Below, piece by piece: positions 61,202-64,000 of a stretch of DNA of 64,000 bases (within the stretch, counting starts at the first letter, position 1; each line of letters opens with the position of its first letter). Source of the DNA: Candidatus Altimarinota bacterium (GTDB taxonomy: Bacteria; Patescibacteriota; Gracilibacteria; 1-14-2-50-48-13); contig JBKBWQ010000001.1 in assembly GCA_046314355.1 (NCBI GenBank), positions 1,344,001 through 1,408,000 of the forward strand. Direction: 5' to 3'. The notes under the pieces were generated by a model. It had not been told where the DNA came from, made no database searches, and saw only the letters and a program-made list of their open reading frames with translations. The position numbers and the translations under genes are program-made.

Positions 61202-61434
61202 TGTTTTAAGATAAGTATGCATTAATGACTACATTCTATCTTAAGATAAAGGAGCCTTCAATAGATTATATAGATATCATTGTTAACCAACAGTTCTTCT
61301 ATAACGCATCAGCTCTTTTGAGAGCACTTTGACTCTCCCATGTTTTTTTATAGAATGGTTCAGCACTGGTGTGAATCATGGTAAGGACATCGTTTCAAAC
61401 AACACAACAATTATTTCAGTTTAAAGGAGTACAA

Positions 61435-62037
61435 ATGCTGAAAAAACTGCTGAAGCTTTTTTCTTTCTTCAAAAAGAAAGAAGGAGCATCCTTATCTCTC
61501 TCTATGTCGTTCAATATGGAAGTGACTATGAAGTCGCCTCTAGTTGAGCCACCTACGCCACCTCCTAAAGGCGGTGAAAAAACAAACATTGTCCCGTTCC
61601 ACAAAGAAAGTACTTCTAAAGCCTTGGACATTCACAAAATGTCCTACGCTGAGGAAATATTTTTAATCAATGTTTCGCATTATCAATTAGGTTATCTGAA
61701 CGAAAGTTCTGTAAACGTAAAAGAAAACCTAATCCTGTATTTTGCGGGCGGAGAGATATGTGCCACTTACAGGGGTGATAACAAAAAATGGGAAGTGTTT
61801 TACAATTCTCATTTATGGGATCATACCCTTGAAGTAACTTCTTATGATATTGAGAGGGAAAAGTATAAATACTTGACCTCAAAGCTTGAAATAAGAAGAG
61901 TCCCATATCTGATGGTACGAGACCTCAATCAAATGCTTGATCTTATCAAAACGGATTTCGTTTCGAAAGATGGGCAGAGGGTTGAAGAGGTTAAACAAAT
62001 ATCGTGGGAGAATTGGAAGGAACTTATTCCTGCCTAA
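61435..62037 (+). CDS. Hypothetical orphan protein with amphipathic N-terminus
   Basis: TTGACT-N16-TAGAAT at 61329, AAAGGAG SD, MLKKLLKLFSFF start, terminator at 62051-62078. Confidence 0.6.
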   Translation: MLKKLLKLFSFFKKKEGASLSLSMSFNMEVTMKSPLVEPPTPPPKGGEKTNIVPFHKESTSKALDIHKMSYAEEIFLINVSHYQLGYLNESSVNVKENLILYFAGGEICATYRGDNKKWEVFYNSHLWDHTLEVTSYDIEREKYKYLTSKLEIRRVPYLMVRDLNQMLDLIKTDFVSKDGQRVEEVKQISWENWKELIPA

Positions 62038-62136
62038 TCTCTTTCTGACTGGCACTACAGCTGTAGTGCCTTTTTTTTATTGCCACTCCGTCTCTAGTAT
62101 GTGTATAGTATGTATACACTATTTTTTACCCACTCC

Positions 62137-62715
62137 ATGCACGGCAAACTCATACTCCTTCTCGGTCCCTCAGGTGTAGGAAAAGGCACAGTCCGTGCGC
62201 TTCTTAAAGAACGGCATCCCGAATTTGTATTCCCGCCTTCAGTTACTACTCGTGTACCCCGGCCAGGCGAAGTAGATGGTGATAACTACTTCTTTATTTC
62301 CCATGAAGAATTTCAGGAAAAACTCCAGAAACACGAATTTTTAGAATGGGCATCTCCTCATGGTCTGGAATATTACGGCACGCTCATAGATCCTATCAGA
62401 AAAGCTTTAGAGGCTGGAAAGACTGTGATACGGGAAATAGACCTCAAAGGACTGCGAACAGTACTCGGTACTTCTCTAAGACCAAATGTATACAGTATCT
62501 TTCTCACTCCGCCAAGTCTGGAAGATTTACAGAGAAGAATAGAGGGTAGAAGCGCTCTCAGCTCTCTTGAAATGAAAAAACGCTTACTCCGTGCTGAGCA
62601 GGAAATCGCAGAATCAGACATCTGTGATAAAAAAATACTTGCAGAGGAAGGGGAAATAGATAAGATATACAGGCAAGTAGAAGAAGCAATAGCTGAATCG
62701 CTTGAAAGTATCTGA
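62137..62715 (+). CDS. gmk: Guanylate kinase
   Basis: GPSGVGKGT, TTR.PRPGEVDG..YFF, FLEWA, YYGT and FL.PPS..L..R motifs. Confidence 0.95.
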   Translation: MHGKLILLLGPSGVGKGTVRALLKERHPEFVFPPSVTTRVPRPGEVDGDNYFFISHEEFQEKLQKHEFLEWASPHGLEYYGTLIDPIRKALEAGKTVIREIDLKGLRTVLGTSLRPNVYSIFLTPPSLEDLQRRIEGRSALSSLEMKKRLLRAEQEIAESDICDKKILAEEGEIDKIYRQVEEAIAESLESI

Positions 62716-62718
62716 TCA

Positions 62719-62765
62719 TTCTTCGCTAAAGCTACGAATGACCTTCGCAACTATCGTTGCTACGG
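62719..62765. repeat. Tandem CTTCGC..GCTACG REP-like units abutting tRNA-Gln
   Basis: TTCTTCGCTAAAGCTACGAATGACCTTCGCAACTATCGTTGCTACGG. Confidence 0.55.
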
Positions 62766-62839
62766 TCGGGGATCGTCTAATGGTAGGACAGCAGCCTCTG
62801 AAGCTGTTTATGAAGGTTCGACTCCTTCTCCCCGAGCCA
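62766..62839 (+). tRNA. tRNA-Gln(CTG)
   Basis: TCGGGGA/TCCCCGA acceptor stem, GCAGC-CT-CTG-AA-GCTGT anticodon arm, GGTTCGACTCC, CCA. Confidence 0.95.
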
Positions 62840-62933
62840 ATGATTTTAATGGCTTAGAAAGACAATTTACATTAGTAAGCCAAGTGTTTGGTCGAAATTT
62901 AATAGTAATATAAAGTAATCTTTATATTGCTGA

Positions 62934-63902
62934 TTAGATATCAGCAACTTTATCTAAGTGATTACTTTGGAGCCATGCTCTGGAAATTTTGACAAGTTCG
63001 ATCAATGGAATTTTTGAGCTTTCGCTATGAGGAACAACAGACCAAATCATATTAGTCTCATCGAGTTTTAATCTTTTTAATCCGAAAAAGACTTCTTCAA
63101 GCTCAAGTCCAGGGCATTTATCATAAAACAAGAAGCTGTTTTTAAGATAGTTTACAATGGCATTATGATTATTTTTACGAAAGATATTACCCACAGCATC
63201 AGGACTTTCTAGGTGATATGCTCCGATTGATTCATCGTAAATTGGTGTATACCCATTATTAACACATAATCTATAACATAATTCTGCATCTTCAGGTCCC
63301 CATCCAATAAATCGTTCATCAAAAAGCACTTCAAGTGACTTTCTTACACTAAGATTTGCACTAAAACATGCTCTCCATGGATGAGTTGATTTGAGTAATT
63401 CTTTACGGAATATATTTTCTTTTTTCCCTCTTTTTAGTGCTGCATCTTCTGGTACAGTATTTTCAAGCTCTTCATAAGTTTTTATATTTGATATTTCCCC
63501 AAGCCATGTACGATTACCTGCTACTATTAGATTAGAAGTAGTATGTTGCATTACATGTTTCTCAATGAAATCTTTATGCGGCACTATATCCCCGTCCATA
63601 AAAACTAAAAGTTCATTTGTTGCTACTCTTATTCCATTGTTTCTTGCCGCAGCAGCTCGGTAACCATGGTCAGGTTGCCAAACATACTTTATGTCGTGTT
63701 TAGATTTTTTAATATTTGATATGTTTTCTTTTACTACTGTTTCGGGTGATCCGTCATCTGAAACAATTATTTCCATAATGCCTCTATATGTTTGCTGATT
63801 TAGTCCTTGAATAATCAAATTAAGGACGTCTGGTTGTTTATAAGTAAGTACAACAGCACTTACTGACTTTGGAAGACTAATTTTCATATTGCTATCTAAC
63901 AA
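62934..63902 (-). CDS. Glycosyltransferase family 2 (with GT7-C-like WG.ED motif)
   Basis: SAVVLTY, SDDGS, ARNNG, FMDGD and FDERFIGWGPED motifs. Confidence 0.88.
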   Translation of the reverse strand: MLDSNMKISLPKSVSAVVLTYKQPDVLNLIIQGLNQQTYRGIMEIIVSDDGSPETVVKENISNIKKSKHDIKYVWQPDHGYRAAAARNNGIRVATNELLVFMDGDIVPHKDFIEKHVMQHTTSNLIVAGNRTWLGEISNIKTYEELENTVPEDAALKRGKKENIFRKELLKSTHPWRACFSANLSVRKSLEVLFDERFIGWGPEDAELCYRLCVNNGYTPIYDESIGAYHLESPDAVGNIFRKNNHNAIVNYLKNSFLFYDKCPGLELEEVFFGLKRLKLDETNMIWSVVPHSESSKIPLIELVKISRAWLQSNHLDKVADI

Positions 63903-64000
63903 AATACACTAATAACTACTTAGTAGTACAGTAAAAAGACACTATTGACAATATAAGTGTTATATTATAAACCTAACATAGCCTAAATGTTGGCTTATTA

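Noticed and set aside
62713-62715. Genetic code 25 (TGA=Gly) as in Gracilibacteria
   Set aside because: Long Gly-rich ORFs contain no in-frame TGA, and gmk ends at TGA (readthrough would run into the tRNA).

Overview
64-kb window from an AT-rich bacterium using the standard genetic code (TGA is a stop). It is most likely a Patescibacteria/CPR lineage, possibly Peregrinibacteria-like; this is inferred from gene content, the unlinked rRNA unit and SD-less housekeeping genes. Housekeeping genes: uvrA, rnj, maf, tatD, an htrA-like protease, comF, rpmE, hemW, ruvB, trmD, iscS, serS, gmk. RNA genes: tRNA-Thr(TGT), tRNA-Tyr(GTA), tRNA-Gln(CTG), and a 23S-5S rRNA unit with no adjacent 16S and an ~85-nt expansion hairpin. 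Other genes: a DabA/DabB inorganic-carbon transporter pair, a PAP2-phosphatase/polyprenol-kinase fusion, an anti-sigma/STAS pair, several glycosyltransferases and a 2780-aa repetitive SLH surface protein. The intergenic DNA is rich in structure: two copies of a ~420-bp composite palindromic element, several REP-like families (one inserted in frame in trmD), short tandem inverted arrays, and at least three candidate non-coding RNAs. The strongest candidate is at 58791-59090 (-): a self-contained unit with promoter, boxA and terminator whose long stem encloses an ~80-nt A-rich loop.
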